Below are positions 1 through 13,000 of a DNA stretch of 64,000 nt, one piece after another. This DNA is from Pecten maximus (taxonomy: Eukaryota), in assembly GCF_902652985.1 (NCBI RefSeq), contig NC_047018.1:28954001-29018000 (forward strand). Reading direction: 5' to 3'. The notes under the pieces are model-generated. The model was not told the origin of the DNA. It saw only the letters and a program-made list of their open reading frames with translations, and ran no database searches. Within the stretch, counting starts at the first letter, position 1, and each line of letters begins with the position of its first letter. A program made the translations under genes and the position numbers.

Positions 1-865
1 TCGTATATAATACAGGTCAAAACCTTCAGATTCACGGGTATAAATTATACCACATACATAATATAGGCCAATACTTTCAGATTCACTGACATGAATTATA
101 CCTCGTTTATAATACAGGCCAATACTTTCAGATTCACGGATATAAATTATACCCCATACATAATATAGGCCAATACTTTCAGATTCACTGACATGAATTA
201 TACCTCGTATATAATACAGGCCAATACCTTCAGATTCACTGACATGAAATATATACCCTGTATACAGGCCAATACCTTTATATTCAGTGACATAAATTAC
301 ACCATGTATATAATATAGGCCAATACCTTTATATTCAGTGACATAAATTATACCTCGTATATAATACAGGCCAATACCTTTATATTCAGTGACATAAATT
401 ATACCTCGTATATAATACAGGCCAATACTTTCAGATTCACTGACATGAATTATACCTCGTATATAATACAGGCCAATACCTTTATATTCACTGACATAAA
501 TTATACCTCGTATATAATACAGGCCAATACTTTCAGATTCACTGACATGAATTATACCTCGTATATAATACAGGCCAATACCTTTATATTCAGTGACATA
601 AATTATACCTCGTATATAATATAGGCCAATACCTTCAGATTCACTGACATGAAATTATACACCTCGTATATAATACAGGCCAATACCTTTCATATTCACT
701 GACATGAATTATACCTCGTATATAATACAGGCCAATACCTTCAGATTCACTGACATGAAATATATACCCTGTATACAGGCCAAAACCTTTATATTCAGTG
801 ACATAAATTACACCATGTATATAATACAGGCCAATACTTTCAAATTCACTGGTATGAATTATAAC
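1..865. repeat. Minisatellite, ~51-bp unit, ~17 copies, running off the window start
   Basis: Unit ataatacaggccaatac(c/t)tt(c/t)a(g/t)attca(c/g)tgacat(g/a)aattatacctcgtat recurs at 51-bp spacing (e.g. 361, 412). It lies just downstream of the RCHY1 stop. Confidence 0.95.
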
Positions 866-1035
866 TCAGATTCAATGTTGTAAATTTTACCTCAAATGTC
901 CTCTCATCCACTCTGGTGTAAATTGTTCAACCAACTACAGTTAGGTCAAGGTGGTCGAATCACCAATGTAGCTGATACATTAATTTTGGTTTTATATTGT
1001 ATGGCAGTAAGTTTTGATCACAGTGCTCATTCCAT

Positions 1036-1946
1036 CTAGGATGTCGATGGATTATTACTACTGGAGGCCGAATCCCCTGACCCATCAGTGTTACTTGGTT
1101 TTGCGCTGACGTCGTCCTGCTCCACTTCTGGCTCCGCAGTTCTACAGGTATTGTAAGACCCACATTCCTGGCATTTCAGCCCTAGCACATGGAACAGTAC
1201 CGAGCTTTCCTATTAACATATAAACACAGTTCATGTCTAAACAAAAAATAAAATATTAACTGTTTTAATCACAGCAGAAGCACATGTGACAGTACCAAGC
1301 TCTTCCATTCTGAAAATATCGAGAAATTTTGTTTCTAAACATAAAAGTTTGGTACATGTATAAGTCTTTCAGCTCTAGCATAATAACATCTCACACGATG
1401 GTGTGTGCGAATGTGTGAGGACGGTGATATACAATCCAAGTTGTACTTGGTTTTTTTGAGGTGGACTGCTGGCTTTGTGTTAACATTAATATTTACTGCA
1501 AAAGAGTTGGTTTGAAGGAGAGTTGTATGATCTTATACACAACCTAAATTTGTTAAGCAAATTATTATCACATAATTGTTATTAATAAACTGAAGTTCTA
1601 TTTCTGTGTTGTTCTTGAGATGACCCGTTGTCAAGACATGGATTGCAATTGACAATTGAATTGTTCCTATACCATCTGAAGCCACTAGTCGGCAATCAGA
1701 CGTTATTATGCAGACTGTTATGAGATGTCTGTCAACAATATCTCATTAGGTAGAGAATTTTGGAGTAAGATTAGTTTGATTGTAGACAATAAGTAACTGA
1801 CCTTGTGGCAGTCACGGCAGAGTATCTGCACTATGTAATCTTTGTATTCCTCAGGCATGGGTGTGTGTAAAATTTCCTCATCAATGTGTTCCCAAACATT
1901 GTCCATCTTCACCATAGAATGGTTACAAGTAGGACAGGCATAGTTC
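1036..1946 (-). CDS. RCHY1: RING finger and CHY zinc finger protein 1 (Pirh2), last two coding exons; 5' part missing
   Basis: Exons 1946-1802 (ag|G AAC TAT...CAC AAG|gt) and 1209-1036 (ag|GAA...TAG) splice in frame to NYACPTCNHSMVKMDNVWEHIDEEILHTPMPEEYKDYIVQILCRDCHKESSVLFHVLGLKCQECGSYNTCR..., which matches the Pirh2 C-terminal zinc ribbon (TPMP.EY, ILC.DC, FH.LG.KC..C.SYNT). Confidence 0.92.
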
Positions 1947-2254
1947 CTGTAACACAATCATCAACAGCTGTAATCAGTATTTAAATAGAACTGTAAGCCA
2001 ATGGCAAACTAATACCTCCCTTAAAAAAATCATGAAATATTCAGCTTAATAAGACAATAGCTCAATATTGACCAATCAGAAGCCTCCATTGTATTCCCAA
2101 GGCAACGGTTCTTGAAACATCAAATGTCTTGAATAATAGACATAAATAAGTTACACCAATTGTGACCAAGTTTGAATAGAATCTATCTTAGGACTGATGA
2201 GATATCAGCCAGTACACAAAACTAGAGCTAACAAAATTTCAAACCAAACAAGGA

Positions 2255-2760
2255 AAACCTGTTGAAATTGACCAGTTACCATGGTAACCAAATTTTTGGA
2301 ATTTGAACAGCCTCATGTATAACTACACATGTTCTCTAACATTCCTGTGAAGTTTTATGAAAATCAGTCAACAGGTTTAGGAGTTGCCTAGATAAGAAAA
2401 ACCTGCTGATAGTGACCAGTAACCATGGCAACCAAAATTTTGGAATTTAAACAGTTGCATGCACATCTGTACATGTTCCCTAACATTCCTGTAAAGTTTT
2501 ATGAAAATCGGTCAACAGGTTTAGGAGTTGTCTAGATAAGAAAAATCTGCTGATAGTGACCAGTAACCATGGCAACCAAAATTTTGGAATTTAAACAGCT
2601 GCATGCACATCTTAACATGGTCCGCTATATTTCTTGTGAAGTTTCATTGGAAAGGGCCCATCAGTTTAGGAGGAGTGGTTCGGACAAAATAATTATCAGA
2701 AAACCTGTTTACAGTGACCAGTTACATAGCAACCAAAATTTTGAGAAAAAAAAGTGCACA
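2255..2760. repeat. Diverged ~144-bp tandem repeat (3-4 copies), probably internal to a non-autonomous element
   Basis: gaccagt(a/t)accatgg(c/t)aaccaaaattttggaattt recurs at 2270, 2414, 2558 and, degenerate, at 2716. Confidence 0.75.
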
Positions 2761-2850
2761 ACTATACTTGATTCTTTATATTTGTGTGAAATTTCATTTG
2801 AATCAGCCCATGGTTTAGGAGAAATTGTGTAGATAAACAAAAGGTTATGG

Positions 2851-2950
2851 NNNNNNNNNNNNNNNNNNNNNNNNNNNNNNNNNNNNNNNNNNNNNNNNNN
2901 NNNNNNNNNNNNNNNNNNNNNNNNNNNNNNNNNNNNNNNNNNNNNNNNNN
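2851..2950. other. Assembly gap (100 N, true size unknown)
   Basis: Run of N. Confidence 1.
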
Positions 2951-3014
2951 GCTCGTCTGTTCGTATATTCTCGTCTTTACCGAAATAAAAACAAGCTGTA
3001 CAATTGTTCATTTC

Positions 3015-3865
3015 AAACATGACTACAACTGCCAACCACACATATCCATAAATGTTGATTTCATCTGAATATTGCCATAGTTATCTGTCACTTCGATTGT
3101 AAACCCCATGCCAAAGTCATGCAAGAATTGGCCAATCAAATTGGTTTAACTTTTGATTTCCTTAATCTTGCAGTTACCTCCCTTACAACAGTAATACGTT
3201 CTAAGTATCGTCTACAGCAAGCAACCCCGTTCACATAACAACAAGAAGTTATCATTTGATTTATTGGTCGTTTTCGTCAAAGGAAAATGGTATTTGGAAA
3301 TGGGTGGCAACGTTAACGCTATGACTAATCACCTTGACCACAAAAAACACCTAAATGTAGGCCTGTACACAGTACATGTACTATCTCCCAAACACGTAGC
3401 CTATTTATGATACAATGTATCGTCTCGAATGCCGTTTTTGATAGATTTCTTTTTCTAAATTACAGAAATACACATCTAGTTGATAATCACTTAACATTCT
3501 AGTACAAAATGTAAATATATTTTACACATTTAAGTAAAATCGTGGACATATTTGTAGACCTTGTTTTAATGTCAGCCACTTTGGAATGAACACGGAAGGG
3601 CAAAACTATCAAAACATCCGGAGACTAATGCGCCTGCACAATCATTGTTTACCTAGATATATTGACCTGGAGTTGATTCGCAAAGAATAGGTTCATTTAG
3701 TCTTTACATTTCGCTAGCGTTGTGAATTTCCCAAATCGTATGCATCTTGAAAACATCTACTGAATATGTTTCAACATTTTCTGTAAAACTACTAAATAAA
3801 ATGAAGATGTTTTTGCAAGTAAATTATTTGAAGCGCAAGGCCATGGCGGCAGCCATATTTCGTTG
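3015..3865. promoter_or_regulatory. Housekeeping-promoter-like block, possibly the RCHY1 promoter
   Basis: More CpG than the flanks, with ACTACAA (3022), CCAAT (3131), ETS CGGAAG (3593), NRF1-like TGCGCCTGCAC (3629) and a two-way YY1-like ATGGCGGCAGCCATATTT (3843-3860). Confidence 0.4.
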
Positions 3866-4035
3866 AAACAGACAGTAGGTGGCGTATTGGTGAATGTGGT
3901 TCCCAAATATGGTTATATTTCACAGTCTAGTTCTTGATTGCAATAACCGAACATTAATGTTCGTTTAAAAATGCTTTTGAAATGCTGAAATATTTTGTAT
4001 ATTCTATCATTAATAAATATCTTACATGTTTGCAG

Positions 4036-7000
4036 ATGGTGTGTGGAGAGGTACAAAACTCATGAACCTGAAAAAGATTGTAGATGATGCCTTAGTCATC
4101 TGTGAGAAATCGTAAGTCAGACCTCATATATACATTTGCAACAATTGAATACAAAATGTATCTGTGCTGGTCAGGTAGCTTATTGCATGGACGATGTATG
4201 TATCTTTCATCAAGATGACCAATGGTTATTGTGTTCCCTGACAAGACAACATATACTGATCACTTCATTGGTGTGATGCAGTTGTATTGTTTGTACAAAG
4301 GTTTATATTTTTGTGCAAAAGTTCTTTTAGGCTAGTAAAATCGCAGGGATATGTCTTGTCTTATATGATAAAAAAGAAGAAAAAAAGCAAGAGATACCTA
4401 TATATGAAGACCTTATGTATAGGTATTTCTTATTTATCAAGACTTGACACCAGAAACTTCAAAACACTGCAGCTCGTCTTGTCACTCGTACAAGGAAAAG
4501 AGACCACATAACACCTGTTCTCATGTCGCTTCATTGGCTCCCTGTTGAATACCGCTTCCAGTACAAGATGCTCATGTACACATATAAAGCTCTGAATGGT
4601 TTAGCTCCTATGTATCTCAGGGATCTTGTGACACCATATGTCCCATCGAGATCACTTCGATCAGAACATGAAAACTACTTGGTTGAGCCAAAGACCCGAA
4701 CCAAAACATATGGGGACAGACGTTTTGATAAAGCTGCTGCCTCCCTTTGGAATCGTCTCCCTTTAAAAATTAGGAGTGCCAGAAAAATTGATTCTTTTAA
4801 GACTCTTTTGAAGACCCATCTTTTCAAATTAGCTTTTAATTAGGATGATTAAAAGTTTTAACAGTGTTTTACCAGTATTGATATATAGACTTTATAGCTG
4901 GTTTAAGCTCACCACAGGAATGACTTGTTCTTTTATATGTTTTAGTGTTTTAATATCTTGCTTTTTATATATTTTAATGTTGTGAATTAATCTTTATTTA
5001 TTTTAAGGTTGTAAAGCGCTCTAGCGTAGTTTTTAAAGCTAAATTCAGCGCTATACAAGTTCTGTATATTATTATATTATTGACATGCCTCTGTGACCAA
5101 ATTTATCACTAGCCTATGCAGACTCACACTTTTCTTATTTTATTTGCTTATAAATTGGATATAGAGCTCTTCAATCCTCTTTGTTTACCAGCTGCAGGTA
5201 TTGAGATTTACATTGTTTGATTATTTAGGAACCACCATGTGAAGAATTGTCTCGTTGTTAAGCATTTGACGACAACAGAGGAAATAGACGACCATGGGGA
5301 TACAGAGGACGAGACTCCAGCAAAACGACCTTCACGTAAACTGAAGGTGAGTTATATTTATTGACAATGCTAACAGAAAGTATAAATCACATTTACAGTA
5401 ACCTACATTCTGTATACTCAGCTGAGGTTAAACTCAAGTTTGAAAATTGTGGACTTTAGTGTGAAGGCTAAATGTTTAATCAAGATATTGGTTTGAAAGA
5501 AAATAATGTCCCTTCTGTTCGCGACAGAAGCATGCAAAATGTGTAAAAGTTAGATTTGAAATAATTGCTCACCCTCTTAAATTTTCAAAACTGAAAGGAC
5601 AAGAGTATTATATCCAAGAGCTGATCCCAGGGTAAAAATCTTTAACTAGATTGCTTGAGTTTTGACTTTTAGCCCTGGAATATTACTGTTTTAACTATTG
5701 TGTCGCCTGCAAAGCATGACATGCGTTGCAGGTGACACTATGGGATCATTTTGTCTGTCGTTGTGCGGCATTGTCCGCATTGTTAGTCACACTTTAGTTT
5801 TCCAGACTTTTTTCCCCTTACCGTTTGCCACATCAATTTAACTTTGTATGTGGCTTTGTTATAATAGATTACAGTTTTGGTTTGAACCCCGCAATATATC
5901 ATTTTTTGCTGGAGTTATCACCTCATTGCAGATAGCAAATTTTCATAATTACCTGTTTTGTGGACTTTTTTTTGCTACTGCCATGCTGCATCAATTTGTC
6001 ACTTGATATATGGCTTTACCATATTAGATTACAGATCAAGTTTGAACCTCTTTTCGCTGTTCTATTTATTGCTGGAGTTACAGCCCTTTGCACATTGCAG
6101 ATTCACATAATTAAACCATTTTCCTGACCCTTTTTCGCTACTGCTATAGCCTCATCATTTTGTAACTTAGTATGTGGATTTGTAAAAAGGAATTACCGGT
6201 ACAATTGTAGTTGGATCCCCGTTCAGTATTCATAATGGATTACAGATCAAGTTTGAACGCTATATTATTATTCTTTATTTTGCTTGAGTTATGGAGTTAG
6301 GAATTACTTATAATTATTTCCTGTATTTTTTTTAAACAAACTTCTTGCTGTATTTTTTTCACTACCGTTTATCATATCAATGTGTAACTTGCTAATTACT
6401 TTTTTATGTATGAGGGATTACAGTTTGAGTTCAATTCATGTGTCCCGGTCCATCTATTGCTGGAGTAATGCCATACACAGTAATATCATGCAACCATGAT
6501 ACCCCCACATATGATCTCAGATGTTGTGTGGATGTTAAACTCCATCAGCCAACCAACCTGCAACAGAAAGCATGCTGCTTTTCATATATATATATATATA
6601 TGGTGGCCTTGACATTTTCAAAATTATACCCTTTCAATCAATAGGGTGCAGCTAACACCTCCAACTAAATGGAATCCTAGTTAAGTATCACTTGCTGTAC
6701 AAAATCACATTAAACACAATGTTCAACTGATTCATTGATAAAGCACGAATGTTAAGGATTTTATTGTGGTCTGGTTGGTTCCTGAGATGTAAACATGTAT
6801 ATGTGACTGATGTTTCACAGATCCACTGGAACAAGGAAAGAGACGTGTGGTGGCATAATGAAATGGCAGAAGCATCCACAGAGTGTGAGCCAGAATGGAT
6901 GGATGCTGAGGATCATCTCTTCATGCTTTACACCAGGTAAAAATGACAGATAATTGTAAAGTTAACAGGGTCGTTACTTTATAACAGATTAGCATTGTAG

Positions 7001-10000
7001 CCGGTTATATTTGCACCTTGTGATAAGGTATCTTGATTTGCTTTACTGGAATTAATGGTATGTACTTCTGTAGAGCATATAGTGTTTTTCCAGTTTGAAT
7101 ATTGCATTGCCTCTGATTGCAGGTGATGGTTGGCTAAACTCATTTTTATATATACGGTAAACCGCCTTTTGGTTCAAATCGGCGAATACATGTAGTTTGA
7201 ATATGTATTTTTCTCAAGACAAACAATAATTTTCTAGCTATTGATCAGGAAATACAGTAGAATTTAGGGCTGAATAACATCCCCATTCCCCTCAAATATT
7301 AAGCTAAAATTCCCATTTTGCTGGTTACAAATTCCCAATCGGATTATACATTGTCAGCATGCCCCATTATATGTGCAGCTGTATGTGACTATCATGCACG
7401 GATGAACGCTCCATGTCGAGGGTACACTGCACGCACGTAAAAATAGAAAACAAGTTAAAAATCATTTAAAAGAATCAAAATGATCTGAAGAAAATACAAT
7501 TTCATTACCAGGCGAAGTCTTCCCGATAATTCCATGAGCCGGTTGCTATTGTCAGGAATCCTGTAATTTCATTGGTTAATGATGACTCGCATATCTAGGT
7601 TATTTCCTAACCTGAATAATGTTTCTCACTAGTTCATTACAGGCACAATCTTGCTACAGATCATAAGGAGTACATTAATCATGTTTATCCTACATAAAAC
7701 ACAGAGCTGTTCATGAAAGAAAAATGTACACTCATCAATATCCGATCGATTGAAAATGAAAAATTATGTAGAATGAAATTCTGAAATAAGATTTGAGGGA
7801 AAACAATCTTTGTGAAACATATATTAGCCTAACCCCATGGGCCGATATACCTTATTGCTAATCTTCTTACAGTCAATATTTTTTATATTCAATTCAATTA
7901 AACTTTATTAATTAGATCTAGCAATCTTATAATTACAACTGTGATTTGATGGCTAAATATGTACAAAATAAGTTACCTTCATACATGAATTTTTGCTGGC
8001 CATGGTACCCCTGAATATATGTTTGTACCTCTCAGATTTTCAGAGGAGGGGTATACTTTTACCCTTGACAGAATAAATGAGGTGCATGCTGATGTTTATA
8101 AGTAAATAAAAGTTGACGTATATTATTATGCAAAGAAATGATTTATAGACTTGTTGACGTGTGTGCATTCCATGCTTGTAGAACAGAACATGAATCAAAT
8201 TAGAAAAAAAATCTAGAAGTAACCAAAAAGATGTTTCAGTGTTAAAATTTTTTTATTAAACAGAAATGGGCAGTCAATATTATACTCAGTTGTGCAATAA
8301 ATGATCAGAAACCTTTTTGTATTTCAACCATTTTTTTTCCAATTTTAAGTTTTACTGCATAAAATTTCCCAAAGCAATGGACCCTGGACCCTAGCGAAAA
8401 AAATTGTAAGAAAATCCCTGGCGATAGTTTGAACTCTGATTGCTTATAATTTCGAATCGTTTGAACATGTCAAATGAAGAATGCATTGATTTTTTTTTCG
8501 ACAAACTCCATTGAAAGCTCGCTGTTAAATAGTAAAGGGGGAAAGAAATCATGCCTTATGGAAACTTTCCGGAACTACCCAAAGTTATCTTTTATCAGAA
8601 GATATCTTGACTTTTAACATTTCTTAAACTAGGTAGTTATGTAGTGACCTTGTCCTTTGGACATTTAAGGTCACCTGAGATGAAGTGGTGGGCACCAATA
8701 TCCCTCTGAAGTCTCTTATTCAAATTCTCATCTGTTAATGATTTCTGGTCTTTCAGTGGCTCTACAGGAAAGCCCAAGGGAGTTCTCCACACAGTCGGTG
8801 GATACATGATGTATGCAGCTACAACTTTCAAGTATGACTTTGACTACCAGGAAAATGACATCTACTGGTGCACAGCTGACGTGGGTTGGATTACTGGCCA
8901 CACATACGTCTGTTATGGTCCATTGGCTAATGGGGCCACAAGTGTCATAGTAAGTGGTCGGTTCAGTATTGTTAAAATATCCTGGGCAGATTCGTAATCT
9001 TTCACTGTGTTAATCTATTCTTCTAACTTGTTTAAACAAATTTGGATTAATATACACATTCATTGAGGCTTTTTTTGACAGTTTGTGCACACCTGATACA
9101 ATTTGTCTCTCTTTTTTTCTCTCACTAGTTTGAGGGCACACCTTTCTACCCAGACCCAGGCAGGTTCTGGGCAATCGTAGAGAAGTATGAAATTACAAAG
9201 TTCTACACAGCCCCGACAGCCATTAGAGCTCTCATGAAGTTTGGGGATGAATTTGTCACAAGGTGAGCATTGTAATCTATGGTTTTGAATCTGCAATTTC
9301 TAGTAAAGCAGAAAAAATATATATAATATACAAATCTGTCAACCCTGACTTCAATTGGGCTTTAGGTGAGATTATGGGTTTTGAACATTTATACTAGTCC
9401 AAGAGAACATTTCCATCCTTTGAGTTGTTGAATAGTTTCATATGAGGAAATAGCAATGATTTTTGTTATGTTATTATGCAAATTCAGCACAATATTTGAC
9501 TGGTTTGTGTATGGTCTTGCAGTCACATTATCTTATGCTGGTTCACTTCACTGCTGAAAGGCTGCATATTTCTAATAAATAATCATAACCCCCTGAGTAT
9601 ACTGGAAACAGTTGTCTGTCTGTCTGTAGCAAAAAATTGTCAGGCCAATTCCTCCTTAACTGGTGACCCGATTCCAATGAAGGACCATGTGTAGATGTGC
9701 ATGCAACTTTTTTTTTTCTTCTCAAAATTATTGTTGCTACTTGGTAACTGGTCATTGTAAACAGCTTTACAGTCATTTGGCCCGATTTTATTCATCTTTG
9801 GTCCAATGTTGTAAGTACAGTGCAACTTCCGAAAACCGAACCTTCTAAAAACCGAACACCTCTGAATACCGAACGAATTGTCATTGTACGGAATTGGTCC
9901 TTCTTTATTATAGTATTAAAAAACTTCCAAATACCGATCCCTCTGAATTCCGAACACCGGACTGATTTTGTGTCCGGTTCCTGTTAAAATATACCAAAAA

Positions 10001-13000
10001 TTACTTCTGAAAACCGGCCTTACCTGGGCGATTATGACACGAGGTCAGGCCAGTCAACCGTGAAACAACAACTGTGACGGGTATTGTGTGAAGCCTTATT
10101 GTCTCGGGACCTACGTAGGTGATTTGTACAGGTATCCAATATATACCCCAAGGGGGCATTATGACGGAAGGCCTAGTGTATAATCAACACGACAATTATG
10201 AAACAATGCCACACTTCATTGAAGCGCGTCGGTTCGTTTATCTTCTCAATGCAAGTAGAGCTAGAAGCCTGAGTTTCGCATTTAATTTAAATGAGGCCCA
10301 AAAGGGGTTGTTTTCGTAAAGAAGCCCGTGATGTTTTTTTTAAACAAAGCGATGTCGGAAATACGACCAGAATCATCTGATCAATTGTAATTGATATTGA
10401 AACAAAACATCTTCACACCCTTTAATATTATTTGATGTGTAAAGTAATCTGTATCGGACTATTGGCCCCATCCACATGACGATTCACCGGATGTAACAAA
10501 ATGTAGGCCGATCGTAAAGTGTAGTTGTACATGTGAAAATACTGTTTAAAACTATTGTTATAGTCATTTGCCTTTCTTATATATTCTGCAATATATACAT
10601 TGATTAACTTTCATAATATGCATATTATTCAGACAACCCAAATTGTCTAAGTATGTACGTGGCGTTTTGTAATCGGGTGCATTCTAATAAAACATCGTCC
10701 AACCAATTATATCCGGAATTTGACCGGTCATTTTTCGATCAACTTCTCCAAACCGAACCCTCTATAAACCGAACAAATAGTCATGTCCCATGCATGTTCG
10801 GTTTATAGAGGTTCCACTGTATTAGTCAGCCATGGCTTACAGTTCCAGTTTGATATTAAGTATGTATTGTTGGATGTTATTCTAGTCAATAAACTCATTT
10901 AATGTGTCAAAAAATGTCCCCCCTTATTTTACACAACGATGTTTGATTGATTAAATCTAGATATAACCGGTCATCGCTGAAGGTACTGGCCACAGTGGGA
11001 GAACCAATCAACCCCGAGGCCTGGCTCTGGTACTACAATGTGGTAGGGGAGAAAAGGTGTGCCATTGTGGACACCTTCTGGCAGACTGAGACAGTAAGTC
11101 ATGATTTCTTCAACATGAAATTATTCTGAATTATCACAGTTTGAAGCTCGCCAGCCTGAGGGGATAGTCACCTTATGCTGTGGTGTACATCATTTGTATG
11201 GCCTCTACTTTTCCTTGTAATAACTTCTTAAAATGCCTTGGGTCATTATATTTTGGTGGGATAAAGGCCTAGGGCTATCAAATTAGTTCAAGTGAATGAC
11301 CATGTCCTACTTCTAAGGTCACAGTTATCAAATGTATAAAGATTAAAAATTGTAACTCAATAGTAATAGTGTATTGCCAATTACATGCTTGTGTGATCAA
11401 AGTCTAGTGAGTTGGTTCTTGAATGAAGGGATGTAAATTAGTGATCCTTGTCAATGACCCAGACTAGGTGTAAATCAACATAAAGTCTTTCAACAAAGTC
11501 TCCATCGTGCTTCTTGTTAAATGTTAAACACGTCAATATAGATGATAATGTTAAACACCTCAATATAGATAATATGAGCAGGATCCCGGGAACTCAGTAT
11601 GACTAATTGAACATTCAATCTCATTTGATTGGCAACCAGCTGAATTGAATATTAAAAAGAGTACTGTAACAGTGCCTTTCCAGTCTAACATGTACTTCTC
11701 TGGTAATGTTACTAGAGTTGTTTTTAGCTCATCACCTGGTCCAAGGGACTAAGGTGAGCTTATGCCATACTGTGGTGTCCATCTGTTGTTCATATATCAA
11801 CAATTTCTTCCAATGATGTTTTCTTCTTAACCACTGATTGGAATTTAAGCTTTGCACTGGATATCATTCATATTTGATTGGCAGCATCCCAAGGTGTTGG
11901 GGATTTAAAATTGTACAATTGGGGCTGATGACCAGGGGGCTGACGGGCTGGGCCAAAAGGGGGCAATTTTGATATTGCTATTAACGACTTATTCACTCTC
12001 TAGAACTAGGTGCTAGATATCATTCATATTCGACTGGAAGCATCCCTTCGTGTTGGTTATTGTACAAATGCTGGAGCTAACAAACGCATCCCCAACCATG
12101 GGGGCTGAGGAGACGGACCAGAAGGGAGTAATTCTAAGGAATGATTAATTAGAATTTCGTGTTTTATCTAAGGTTGCCATATCAGATACAGTTGCCCTTT
12201 AGCAATCACACTATCCACAAATTTAGTTCCTGGATGAACTAATTTAATGACTATAAATATTAATTTACATGAAATTTGGTCAAGATGTTCAGTTCACAAA
12301 ATTGCAAACTGGTTAAAAATCAAGGTCAAAGGTCAAGGTTATTAGGCTAAAATGTCAAGGTCAAATTTTGTATCTTTTCAGTGGTAAATCTTTTGTTGGT
12401 CAGAATTAAACAAGGAGTCATTATATTACTGACCAACAATCAATATTACTGGGTCAAAGGTCGGTCATTTGGGTCCTAATGGAAATATTTTCCATAATCA
12501 CTGAAACAGCCAATTGAGCAACTTGTCTTTTTTTGTGTTTATAGAAAAATAAAGCAGACTTATTTTTTATAGGTTTAAAAGAGTACAAAGGCTGGAAACT
12601 TACAATGTTATTTCAACATGAATTTGGTGTACCATTCAGAGATAAGGGGTCATTTTTGATAATTTTTATTTCACATATTTCTAGGGTGGACACACTCTAA
12701 CACCGCTTCCTGGAGCCACTCCTCTCAAACCAGGCTCAGCAGTAAGTATACATCTGTCAATTCCTTGATATGGGGGCAGAAAGTACAAAAGGCCTCTGTC
12801 TTTTTGTCCTTTTTCAAAAGCTGAAGTTTTAATTTGTTACAATTTTATTCACATTGAAACATGTGGTGTTCAGTGCACACACACACATACATTTTATATA
12901 ATAAATACATATAGGGTAAGTAATAACGACAGTATAATCCAATATAGGTACTGGATCCTAACAAACAGATGTCCGTTGGATGCATATTACTAGAAATAGA

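Noticed and set aside
4523-4843. 106-aa ORF as a host gene or ACSS2 exon
   Set aside because: It is the C-terminus of an L2 LINE ORF2.
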